Assembly: GCA_965248925.1 (NCBI GenBank)
Contig: CBDFLE010000006.1
Coordinates: 3,776,001 to 3,840,000, forward strand
Direction: 5' to 3'
From: Candidatus Multivoradales bacterium
Lineage (GTDB): Bacteria; Acidobacteriota; Thermoanaerobaculia; Multivoradales; J023
Length of the DNA stretch: 64,000 bases
Position 1 is the stretch's first letter, and each line of letters begins with the position of its first letter. The translations under genes were made by a program, and so were the position numbers. Positions 48,256-57,154 of this stretch are shown piece after piece. A model generated the notes under the pieces. That model was not told where the DNA came from, made no database searches, and worked only from the letters and a program-made list of their open reading frames with translations.

Positions 48256-50415
48256 CTACTGTGTTGGATGCAGGAGTTGGGTCCGAAAAAGTGCAACCGA
48301 GCGAATTAGTGTGGCGGTAGTGTTGTCGCTGACCTCCACCCGCAAGCTGTAGTCGCCGGTCGGTAAGGTGCCGAGTTCTAGCTCGAGATGAAACTTGTCG
48401 ATCCCGTCAATGGCTGTCGCCGTTCGTTCAATCAATTCCAGACGCGGCTGGTCGACGATTTTGCCGGAGCTGTCGAGCACCTGCCCGGTGAAAATCAGTG
48501 GGCCCGCGGCGAGTTCGTAACCGATCAGGTAGAGGGCCGTCGGGCCCGAATTCAATCGCGGCCGGGCCGCCGGTACGAAGAGCTTTCCGGCGAAAGTGAA
48601 GGGGTAGACCACCTGGTCGGTGCCAGTACCCGCGGCGTTTTCGCGCACCAACATCCAACTATCCAAGGGCTCGGGGAAGAGGGGCGGCAAGATTCTCACT
48701 GTACCGTCGGTGAAATCAGGCACCACGAGGCTTAGGCTGCGGGCGCCGGCGCGGCCGGTTTCGGCATTGCGCACCAAGGTTCGCAGCAAGTAGTTGCCCG
48801 CTCCCAACTCGAGGTGGCCATAGAATTTGAGACCTTTGCCGAGATGCTCGCGGGCGTTCTCGAGCGCGATTTTCACCACCTGGCTGAACAGATCGCGCAG
48901 GGTGCCATCGGAGTCGGTGACGTAGACATAGATTTCAATCGCCAGAAGCTCACCACCGTGGTCTCGCAGCAGGTCTTCCCCGTCGGCTTCGATAATTACC
49001 GGCACATAGGCAATATTCGAGCCGGTTCTGAAGGGTGTTGCTAGCAAGTCGAGGGTGATTTCCCGGCGCGGCTCGGCGCTGGCGATGACCTCGGCGGCGA
49101 GCAAGCTTTTTTCCAGAGGATGCAACTCGGCGAAGGGCTGGGGCCCGTAGTAGCCGGCGCGATGCGAGATGCGACCCTTGTGGCCTGCCACTTTGACTTG
49201 CAGCCGGTGGTAACTACCGTCCTTGGGCAGGTCGTCAGCGCGGAAGGTCAACAGGTAGGTCAGCCGCGAGCGGTTGAGTGCCCGTTCGAGCTGCGGGCCG
49301 AGTTGGTTGGTGTCTTCGAAAAGCTCGCCACCGGTGCCGTGGGCAATGTAGAAAAGAGCGTCTTGACCGGTTCTGTCGATGCGCGTGGCGGCGGCCGAAC
49401 CCGCTTTCAGACCGCCGATGTCGATCGCTTGCAGCACGCAGTCGGCACGGCGTAGCTGTTCGAGCATGCTCTCGATGTCGTTCTTCAGTGTGCCGTTGCC
49501 GTAGATGTCGTCGTTGTCCACCAACCCGTGCAGGCCGCGATGGGTGAGTTCTTTGTCCAGTTCTACTTGTGGATCTTGGGCGTCGGCTTCGCGGCCGAGA
49601 AGCAAGCGACCGTCAAAACCTTCTGAGAAGTAGAGAATATGTTTGCGCCCCTCGACGCTTGCGAGAATCCGCGCCATCTTGCCGAGGGCGCTGGCCCAGC
49701 CCGAGATACGAGCGCGCTCGAATGCCTTGTCACTCTGCCGTAGTTGTTTGCTGATGAGCAACGAATCGGTAAATTCTTCGCTGCTGCTCAGCGTCGAATC
49801 TCCGCGGTTCCCGGCCATCAGCGGGGTGATGTTAGACGGTTCTTCGATCAGGAAGTGTAGGGGATCGCGGGCCCGCGCTAGCTGCCTGGGTGCACCCAGG
49901 TTATCGATGGCGCGAACCAGTTGGACGCGGTCGAGGCTGAAGGTCACCAACAACTCGAGGCCTCGCTTACGGCTGTAGACGGCCACCGCCGCCAGGTCGG
50001 TGGGATGTAGCGAGGACAGGGCGAGTTCTCTTGCCGCCTGCCGCGCTCGAGCTATCGCTTGTGGGCTTGAGAAAGCGAGATCGAAGAGCAGCAGGAAATG
50101 GCGCCTACTGGCAGCCGGCAAACGCCGCGCGGCACGGCGGGCGGCAAACGGGTCGGCAGGGTCGAGGGTGGCGAGATCGATGACTTCAACGCTTTCTATC
50201 GGTCTCGGGAGGCCGTCGTCGAGGAGCTCGAAGTGCTCGATTCCAAGCCCGCCGATCGGCTGGCCGCGCTGGTCGACTACATTCACCGGCACCTCGACGG
50301 AAATCACCTCAGTCTTGCCCGCAAAAGTCTGCTCTGCTTGCTTAGCCGCCACCGTCTGGACGCTGGCCAGACTTGCCAGAAAGGCCAACAGGGCAACAGC
50401 GTGCGGGCTTGTCAC
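48256..50415 (-). CDS. VWA domain-containing secreted protein (acidobacterial VWFA-related type)
   Basis: VEVPVNVVDQRGQPIGGL...F.LLDDG, LLLFDL, GRKHILYFSEGF, TGG, YHRLQVKV...HRAGY. Confidence 0.85.
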   Translation of the reverse strand: MTSPHAVALLAFLASLASVQTVAAKQAEQTFAGKTEVISVEVPVNVVDQRGQPIGGLGIEHFELLDDGLPRPIESVEVIDLATLDPADPFAARRAARRLPAASRRHFLLLFDLAFSSPQAIARARQAARELALSSLHPTDLAAVAVYSRKRGLELLVTFSLDRVQLVRAIDNLGAPRQLARARDPLHFLIEEPSNITPLMAGNRGDSTLSSSEEFTDSLLISKQLRQSDKAFERARISGWASALGKMARILASVEGRKHILYFSEGFDGRLLLGREADAQDPQVELDKELTHRGLHGLVDNDDIYGNGTLKNDIESMLEQLRRADCVLQAIDIGGLKAGSAAATRIDRTGQDALFYIAHGTGGELFEDTNQLGPQLERALNRSRLTYLLTFRADDLPKDGSYHRLQVKVAGHKGRISHRAGYYGPQPFAELHPLEKSLLAAEVIASAEPRREITLDLLATPFRTGSNIAYVPVIIEADGEDLLRDHGGELLAIEIYVYVTDSDGTLRDLFSQVVKIALENAREHLGKGLKFYGHLELGAGNYLLRTLVRNAETGRAGARSLSLVVPDFTDGTVRILPPLFPEPLDSWMLVRENAAGTGTDQVVYPFTFAGKLFVPAARPRLNSGPTALYLIGYELAAGPLIFTGQVLDSSGKIVDQPRLELIERTATAIDGIDKFHLELELGTLPTGDYSLRVEVSDNTTATLIRSVALFRTQLLHPTQ

Positions 50416-51569
50416 TCGCCGCCCTTTCGCTTGCCGCGGTGTTTGGCCAGCAGCTCAGCCCAGTGTTGCGCTGCTTCGTGGGACGGGTCGAGGCGTAGCG
50501 CGCGGCGCAGATGGTGGCCGGCGGAATGCAGCTCACCGAGGGCCAGGTAAACCTTCGCCAAACCGACGTGGACAGCGGGAATCTCACTCGAACGCCTCAG
50601 TGCTTGGCGCATCAAGCCGAGAGCATTACCGAGGTCGCTGGCAGCCAGTGCACGCTCACCTTGATAGATGAAGAAGAACGGGCTGGCTTGTTGCAGTGTC
50701 TCGATCGTGGCGAGTAGCTCGTCGGCTTCGGTGGTGCGTCCCTGCAGCTGGTAAGTCAGGGCCAGATTGCTCAACAGAGCCGCATCGTCAGGTTCTTCGC
50801 CCAGCCCTTTCTGGAAGACCTCGCCGGCCTCGCGATAGCGCTGCTGCCGGGTCAGGGCCAGGCCCAGGTTGCTGAGCCCGCGGACGAAACCAGGAGCTAG
50901 TTCTACGGCGGTGCGCAGGTGCTGCTCGGCTAGGGTGGCGTCGCCGGCTAGCAGAGCTTCAGCGCCCAGATTGTTGTAGTGATGGACGGTGGCGGTGAGG
51001 TCGTCGATGGGCTGGAACTTGTGGTAGGAACGGGGCCGGCCAGGAAGAAAGTCCGACAGCTCTAAGTGGCCATCGAGATAGTGCCCGGCGACGATGTGGC
51101 CTTGGCTCAGAACCATTCCTTGGTGGTAGCTCCAGCTATGTCGGTCGGTGACCTCGACATAGAAAGAGTTAATCCGCTGATGCCGGGTCAGGGCGACGAA
51201 AAGGTGGGCAAAAGAAAGACAGTTGCCCTGCGCCGTGCTCAGCACATCGAGGGCGTTGCGGGTCGGCCCCAGAGCGTAGACAAGGCCCAGACGGCGGAAG
51301 ATGAAGTCCTCGGTGGCGCGTACCCTATCCGCCGCGCTGCCTCTGAGGCCGATGTGGTCCTCGACCTCCGCCAGCTTCTCCGCCGGTAGCTCGAAGGGCA
51401 GCTCAAGCCGCGCCGCCGGCTCGGCGCCCAGGCGCTCGCTCAGCTCGCTGCGCAGGTGCTCTATAGAGTCGAAGGGCTCGGTTTGAGTGCAGGCCAAGGC
51501 CAGCAAGATCGAGATCGCCAGCGCCGTGGTGGTTGGGAATCGATGGGGAGTCGGGTGCTTGCTGTTCAT
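50412..51569 (-). CDS. Transglutaminase-like/TPR lipoprotein
   Basis: LALAC lipobox; GNCLSF...GHI; C-terminal TPRs (YNNLG, SNLG). Confidence 0.8.
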   Translation of the reverse strand: MNSKHPTPHRFPTTTALAISILLALACTQTEPFDSIEHLRSELSERLGAEPAARLELPFELPAEKLAEVEDHIGLRGSAADRVRATEDFIFRRLGLVYALGPTRNALDVLSTAQGNCLSFAHLFVALTRHQRINSFYVEVTDRHSWSYHQGMVLSQGHIVAGHYLDGHLELSDFLPGRPRSYHKFQPIDDLTATVHHYNNLGAEALLAGDATLAEQHLRTAVELAPGFVRGLSNLGLALTRQQRYREAGEVFQKGLGEEPDDAALLSNLALTYQLQGRTTEADELLATIETLQQASPFFFIYQGERALAASDLGNALGLMRQALRRSSEIPAVHVGLAKVYLALGELHSAGHHLRRALRLDPSHEAAQHWAELLAKHRGKRKGGE

Positions 51570-51675
51570 CGCCGGGTTGCTCCGGGTCAGCGTAGCATGG
51601 CGAAACCTACCCTCTGGGCGCCGGCTGGCAAGAGGACAGCCGGGTAGCCGTCAGAAGTTGTAGACTGCCGCGGCG

Positions 51676-52929
51676 ATGAATGATGACTGGGATTTTTCGC
51701 CACCTCCGCCTGCCGAATTGGTTGACCACGACGTACCGCTACTCGGTCGCCAGCTGGTTGGTCGGCGAGTGGCGCTGATGATCTGTGGCGGTATCGCTGC
51801 CATGAAGACGCCGTTGCTGGCTCGGGCGTTGCGCAAGCGCGGCGCCGAGGTCACCGCCTTCGTGTCGCGCGAAGCCTTGCGCTATGTCACCGCCGACGCC
51901 CTTGAGTGGAGCACCCACCGGCCGGTGATCGAGCGCCTCAGCCCGGCTGCCGAGCATTTGAGCGACGCCTCGCCCTTCGCTGCCTATCTGCTACCCCAGG
52001 CGACCTACAACACCATCAACAAACTCGCCGGTGGCGTCGCCGATGGCGTCGTTACCTCGACTCTGGCTTCAGCGATGGGCCGGATGAGTCGCGGCCAGGC
52101 GGCGGTGTTGGTGGTGCCGACCATGCATGGCAGCATGCACAATCCGATCCTCACCGAGTCGTTGCGCAAGCTCGATGGCTTGGGGGTACGGATCGTGCCG
52201 CCGCGGCCGGGCTATGGCAAACACAACATTCCCGACGATCCGGTCTTGGTGGCCGAGGTCTGCCGAGCGGTCAGTCGGTCGCCGCTGCGCGGCCGCAAAG
52301 TGCTGGTCACCGGCGGTCCGACCCCGGTCGAGATCGATGCCGTACGCCGGCTCACTAATCGCTTTCGCGGCCGACTAGGCATTGCCATCACCGAAGAACT
52401 CTGGCTGCGCGGCGCCGAGCCCCTGCTGGTGCATGGCGATGGTGCCCACCCGGCGCCGCTTTATCTGCCGCATAGGGTGGTGCGGACTTTCGACGAGTAT
52501 CGCGAGACGGTGCATGAGCGGTTGGCCGCGGGCGACTACCTGGCCGGCATCTTCACCGCCGCGGTGGCCGATTACCGGCCCACTGAGGTGCTGCCGGGCA
52601 AGACCCCCAGCGGCGGCCGGTTGCGCCTCGACATGGTGCCAACCCCGAAAGTGATCGAAGAAGTGCGCCAGCGCCACCGGGATCTGCACATGGTGACCTT
52701 CAAGTATCAGGAAGGCGTCAGCCACCAAGAGCTGATGGCGATTGGCCGCGAACGCTTGCAGACCTACGACGCGGTGGTCGCTAACCGCGGCGAAGAGACT
52801 ATTCTCGAAGGTCCCCAGGTTGCCTGGTTGCTGCGCCGCGATTCCGAACCGGAGCGTCTGGCGGGCAAGCCTGAGATCGCCATCGCCTTGGCGGATTATC
52901 TAGAGTCGGTGCTCGCCAGCCGCGGTTAG
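51676..52929 (+). CDS. coaBC: Bifunctional phosphopantothenoylcysteine decarboxylase/ligase family
   Basis: GGIAAMK, ATYNTINKLAGG, VTGGPT..IDAVR.LTN, AAVADY. Confidence 0.85.
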   Translation: MNDDWDFSPPPPAELVDHDVPLLGRQLVGRRVALMICGGIAAMKTPLLARALRKRGAEVTAFVSREALRYVTADALEWSTHRPVIERLSPAAEHLSDASPFAAYLLPQATYNTINKLAGGVADGVVTSTLASAMGRMSRGQAAVLVVPTMHGSMHNPILTESLRKLDGLGVRIVPPRPGYGKHNIPDDPVLVAEVCRAVSRSPLRGRKVLVTGGPTPVEIDAVRRLTNRFRGRLGIAITEELWLRGAEPLLVHGDGAHPAPLYLPHRVVRTFDEYRETVHERLAAGDYLAGIFTAAVADYRPTEVLPGKTPSGGRLRLDMVPTPKVIEEVRQRHRDLHMVTFKYQEGVSHQELMAIGRERLQTYDAVVANRGEETILEGPQVAWLLRRDSEPERLAGKPEIAIALADYLESVLASRG

Positions 52930-53964
52930 CAGCTGATCGACCGCCTCGGCTGGGGTGTCGAATGCACAAACCAGTCGGATAACCACCCGGTTCTCCACCG
53001 TGTTCCAGCGGACGAAGCGAAACCCATCGCTTTCCAGCCGTTCAGTTAACGCTCGCGACAAGCTGGCGAAGACTTGATTGGTCTCGACCGGATGAGCTAG
53101 CTCGATGCCAGGGATCTGGGCCAGGCCATCGGCCAGGTGGGCTGCCTGTTGATTGGCGTGGCGGGCGTTGCGCAGCCACAGATCATCTTCGAGCAGGGCC
53201 CGGTGTTGCGCTGAGAGAAAGCGCATTTTGGCCCACTGCTGGCCGCCACGCTTGAGCCGCAAGTGGGCCTCGCTGGCGAGTTCGGGGTCAAACAGCAGCA
53301 AAGCCTCGGCGGCGAGGGCGCCGTTCTTGGTGGCGCCGAAAGCCAGGGTGGTGACCCCCGCTTTCCAGCTCAGCTCGGCGGGGCTGGCGCCGGTCGCCAC
53401 CACCGCGTTGGCGAAGCGGGCGCCATCGACATGCACCCGCAGGCCATGCTGGCGGGCCGCCGCCGTCAGCTCGGCGATCTCGTCGGCCTGGTAGATGGTG
53501 CCGAGTTCGGTGGCCTGGGTCAGGCTGAGCACCGACGGCGGCATCATCATCGGGCCGCTCGTGCCGGCCAGCTGTTGCAGCGAGTCGGCCACGGTCTGAG
53601 GACTCAATCGAGCATGCTCGGCGGCCAGTGGTAGCAGCTTGGCGCCGCCGCTGTAGAACTCGGGGGCACCGCATTGGTGGGCGTAGATGTGGCTCTCGGC
53701 ATGGCAGATCACTTGCGAGTAAGGCGGCGCCAGCAGGCCCAGGGCGAGGGCATTAGCGCCGGTACCCGCGGCCATCAGCAGCACCTCCAGGTGGTCGGTC
53801 TCGAAGACTTCGGCGAAATCCGCCTGGATGTGCTGGCTCAGCGGATCGTTGCCGTAGGGGGCCATCGAGCCCTCGTTGGCCGCGGTGATCGCCGCCAGCA
53901 CCTCGGGGGAAGCGCCGCGGATGGTGTCGCTGAGAAAATTCAACAGGGTCGGGTCGTTGCTCAT
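52900..53964 (-). CDS. ltaE: Low-specificity L-threonine aldolase
   Basis: FLSD, YGND, GTGAN, TQATELG, HVDGARFANA, GATKNG (PLP Lys). Confidence 0.9.
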   Translation of the reverse strand: MSNDPTLLNFLSDTIRGASPEVLAAITAANEGSMAPYGNDPLSQHIQADFAEVFETDHLEVLLMAAGTGANALALGLLAPPYSQVICHAESHIYAHQCGAPEFYSGGAKLLPLAAEHARLSPQTVADSLQQLAGTSGPMMMPPSVLSLTQATELGTIYQADEIAELTAAARQHGLRVHVDGARFANAVVATGASPAELSWKAGVTTLAFGATKNGALAAEALLLFDPELASEAHLRLKRGGQQWAKMRFLSAQHRALLEDDLWLRNARHANQQAAHLADGLAQIPGIELAHPVETNQVFASLSRALTERLESDGFRFVRWNTVENRVVIRLVCAFDTPAEAVDQLLTAAGEHRL

Positions 53965-53993
53965 TGGGGGTGCTTCATCGGTGGCCTAGTAGT

Positions 53994-54027
53994 GGTACTC
54001 CACGCGGTGCGGTACTCCACGCGGTGC
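53994..54027. repeat. 17-bp perfect tandem duplication
   Basis: GGTACTCCACGCGGTGC x2. Confidence 0.9.
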
Positions 54028-54053
54028 CAGTCCAGTCGCCTCTCGACCAGCTG

Positions 54054-54308
54054 CTAGCTGGCGCGCTTCAGTTCCTCGCGCAGGACGCGTCGCAAAGTGT
54101 CCGCCAGTGGTTCCGCGGCGGTGGCGATATGCTGCCGCAGTGCGCTGTTGATCATGTTCTGGTAGCTGCCGCCACCTGCTCTATGAACCTGTTGTTTGAA
54201 CCAGGACACAACGTCCTCATCCAGCCGGATTGTGATGCGGGTCTTGCCTGTCGCCACCGGCCGGACTGGCCCTCGCTTTGCCTCGCTGAAATCGTATTCC
54301 TTTTGCAT
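54054..54308 (-). CDS. brnA: BrnA antitoxin family protein
   Basis: MQKEYDFSEAKRG...KTRITIRLDEDVVSWFK...YQNMINSALR. Confidence 0.88.
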   Translation of the reverse strand: MQKEYDFSEAKRGPVRPVATGKTRITIRLDEDVVSWFKQQVHRAGGGSYQNMINSALRQHIATAAEPLADTLRRVLREELKRAS

Positions 54309-54381
54309 TAGCCTTCCTCGTAAAATCGACCCCATGCTTGCCGAGGTTCTGATCAGCCTTCACAGGGTCCCACTCATACAT
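54308..54381 (-). pseudogene. brnT: BrnT toxin remnant (internal deletion)
   Basis: ATG 54381 gives MYEWDPVKADQNLGKHGVDF; an out-of-frame YEEG-TAA follows, overlapping the brnA ATG. Confidence 0.8.
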
Positions 54382-54455
54382 TCATCAATAGTATGTACAA
54401 ACGTGCAGCAGGCCAAGTGGAGAGACCATCTCCAAGGCTGCTATTCTCGGCTCCA

Positions 54456-55823
54456 ATGGACACTCTGATCGAAAGCAGTGCCCTCGCCCTGCGTTCGTTG
54501 ATCGATGCGGCGGGCGGGCTGGAGTCGGTCGAGGTGCTACGCCAGCACCTCGATATGGCGGTGGCGCGGGGTTATTTCCGGCCGGCGGAGGAGGACCGTC
54601 TGATGGCCTGGATGGGGGCTCTGCTGAGCGTTCGGAGCGGGTTGTGGGAGATCCTCGAAGAGGTCTCGGAGCCGATCGAGGGGGCTCTGGACCGGGTCCT
54701 TACCGTCGATCATCAGCGCCTCTTCCTGCTCGGCTACGGCGCGGCTTGCCAGATCGTCAAGCTCGACCGTTTCTTGGTCCACAGTCTGGCCACCGAATCG
54801 CTGGTACAGCGCAAGATCAATGAGGGGGACGAGGAGCGGCGTATTCCCCGCAAGCAGTTCACTGAGGTTTTCAAGTCCCTTTCTGATCCACTGCTGGCCA
54901 AGTGGATGCACGACGCCATGCGCCACGCCAAGAGGTTTCGCGGCGAACTGGAAGCACTGGCCTGCGATCCCACGGTCGGTTTTGTCGCCGAGTGCCTGGA
55001 GCAGCTCGAACAGCCGCTCAATCCGCGCAAGCGACGGTTCTTCGGCCTGCTGCTCGCCTATCGCGAACACTCGCTGCGGCGGCGCGGTGCCTCGGCGCGG
55101 CAGAAGACCGAATTGACACTTCTCGAAGCCGCGGGCCGGCTAGTTGCCGAGGTCAACGGGCAGCTGATGATGCCGCGCATCCACACCGGCGTACAGGAGC
55201 GGCTGAACGAGATCTTGAAGCCGGGCGATGTGTTGGTGACTCGGCATGATCTGGCTCTGTCGAATCTCTTCCTGCCTGGCTTTTGGCCGCATGCGGCGCT
55301 CTATGTGGGTAGCGAAGCGGAGCGGCAGGAACTCGGGGTGGAACTCGATGAGGAGCGCCGCGGCCGCTGGCGTGGATCGCGACGGGTGCTTGAGGCGCGC
55401 AAGGATGGGGTGCTTTTCCGTGCGCTGGCGGACACCCTGGAGGTCGATGCGGTGGCGGTGATCCGACCACGGCTAGAGCCGGCCGAGATCGGCCGCGCGC
55501 TGAGCCGTGCCGCTACCCACGAGGGCAAGATGTACAACTTTGATTTCGATTTCTTTCGCACCGATCGCTTGGTCTGCACTGAGGTGATCTACCGGGCCTA
55601 CGATGGCATCGGAGCAATGCAGTTCGAACTCGCTGAGCGCTCGGGCCGCCTGACTTTATCGGCGGAAGATCTTCTCGACTTGGCGCTGGCGGGGGAGATG
55701 TTCGAGCCGGTGGCGGTTTTTGGTGCCCCCTCTTGCCTTGGTGAACTGGTCTGTGGCGCCGCCGCTCGCCAGGCGCTGGCGGCTAGCTACCAACCGGCGA
55801 AGGGCGAAGTGCAGCTTTCTTGA
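54456..55823 (+). CDS. YiiX/YebB-like permuted NlpC/P60 (papain-like) hydrolase with long N-terminal region
   Basis: LKPGDVL, FWPHAALY, GKMYNFDF, LVCTE. Confidence 0.85.
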   Translation: MDTLIESSALALRSLIDAAGGLESVEVLRQHLDMAVARGYFRPAEEDRLMAWMGALLSVRSGLWEILEEVSEPIEGALDRVLTVDHQRLFLLGYGAACQIVKLDRFLVHSLATESLVQRKINEGDEERRIPRKQFTEVFKSLSDPLLAKWMHDAMRHAKRFRGELEALACDPTVGFVAECLEQLEQPLNPRKRRFFGLLLAYREHSLRRRGASARQKTELTLLEAAGRLVAEVNGQLMMPRIHTGVQERLNEILKPGDVLVTRHDLALSNLFLPGFWPHAALYVGSEAERQELGVELDEERRGRWRGSRRVLEARKDGVLFRALADTLEVDAVAVIRPRLEPAEIGRALSRAATHEGKMYNFDFDFFRTDRLVCTEVIYRAYDGIGAMQFELAERSGRLTLSAEDLLDLALAGEMFEPVAVFGAPSCLGELVCGAAARQALAASYQPAKGEVQLS

Positions 55824-55930
55824 CCATGGCTCGGGGCGCCAGATAGACTACCAACTGTCCTTTTCGGGGCAAGATTCAACCGCCCTATTTCAATCCCGCA
55901 ACAAGCCCCGTCAACTTCGGAGGCCCGAAG

Positions 55931-57145
55931 ATGTCCGAGCAGCAACCGTTTAGTACCGTCGAAGAAGCTATCGCGCGCCTACGCCAGGGTGAGATGGTGA
56001 TTGTCGTCGACGATGAAGATCGCGAGAACGAAGGGGATCTGGTGATCCTCGCCGAGAATGTCACTCCTGAGGCGATCAACTTCATGGCCAAGCACGGGCG
56101 TGGACTGATCTGCCTGGCGCTCACCGAGGAGCGCTGTGCCGAACTCGATCTGCCGCTGATGGTGGAGGATAATTCGACCCCCTTTGGCACCGCCTTCACC
56201 ATCACCATCGAAGGGCGCGGCAAAGTGACTACCGGCATCTCGGCGGCTGATCGTGCGGCTACGGTGCTGACCGCGATCGACTCGCGCACCCGGCCGCAGG
56301 ACTTGATTCGGCCGGGCCATGTATTCCCGATTCGGGCGCGCTCGGGGGGGGTGCTCAAACGCGCCGGCCACACCGAAGCAGCGGTCGATCTGGCGGTGTT
56401 GGCGGGGGCCAAGCCTGCCGGCGTGGTGTGCGAGATCATGAATGATGATGGCACCATGGCGCGGGTTCCCGAACTGCTGCGCTTTGCCGAGAACCAGCAA
56501 TTGGCGATTATCTCGGTGACTGCCTTGATCAAACACCGGATGATGCACGAGACCCTGGTCGAACGCATCGCGGCACCGAAGTTGCCCACCGCTTACGGCG
56601 AATTGCGCGCCCATGCCTACCGCTCCGAGGTGACTGGCGAGGAGCACTTGGCGATGGTGTTAGGCGATATCGACGAAAAGCAGCCGGTGCTGGTGCGGGT
56701 CCACAGCCAATGCTTGACCGGCGACATCTTCGGCTCAGAACGCTGTGATTGCGGGGTGCAACTGCACCGCGCTCTGGAGATTATCCAGGCCGAGGGTCAG
56801 GGCGTGTTGCTCTACTTGTTGCAGGAAGGTCGCGGCATAGGCCTGTTTAATAAATTGCGCGCTTACGAGTTGCAAGAGCAGGGGCACGACACCGTCGAGG
56901 CCAACGAGAAGTTGGGTTTCAAGGCCGACGCGCGCAACTATGGCATCGGTGCCCAGATCCTGCGCGATCTCGGGGTCCGCCGAATGCGTCTGATGACTAA
57001 CAATCCCGGCAAGTACATCGCCCTCGATGGCTACGGTCTAGAGATCGTCGAGCGGGTGCCCCTAGAGGTAGTGCCGACGGACAAGAGTCGCGACTACTTG
57101 CGCGCCAAGCGCGACAAAATGGGCCACCTGCTAAAGATGGTCTGA
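55931..57145 (+). CDS. ribBA: DHBP synthase / GTP cyclohydrolase II
   Basis: DDEDRENEGD, RAGHTEA, RVHSQCLTGD...RCDCG, QEGRGIG, TNNP. Confidence 0.97.
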   Translation: MSEQQPFSTVEEAIARLRQGEMVIVVDDEDRENEGDLVILAENVTPEAINFMAKHGRGLICLALTEERCAELDLPLMVEDNSTPFGTAFTITIEGRGKVTTGISAADRAATVLTAIDSRTRPQDLIRPGHVFPIRARSGGVLKRAGHTEAAVDLAVLAGAKPAGVVCEIMNDDGTMARVPELLRFAENQQLAIISVTALIKHRMMHETLVERIAAPKLPTAYGELRAHAYRSEVTGEEHLAMVLGDIDEKQPVLVRVHSQCLTGDIFGSERCDCGVQLHRALEIIQAEGQGVLLYLLQEGRGIGLFNKLRAYELQEQGHDTVEANEKLGFKADARNYGIGAQILRDLGVRRMRLMTNNPGKYIALDGYGLEIVERVPLEVVPTDKSRDYLRAKRDKMGHLLKMV

Positions 57146-57154
57146 CCTTCGGTT

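Noticed and set aside
47660-48296. Short ORFs at the island's right edge
   Set aside because: No recognisable motifs or RBS and the frames conflict; probably decayed sequence.
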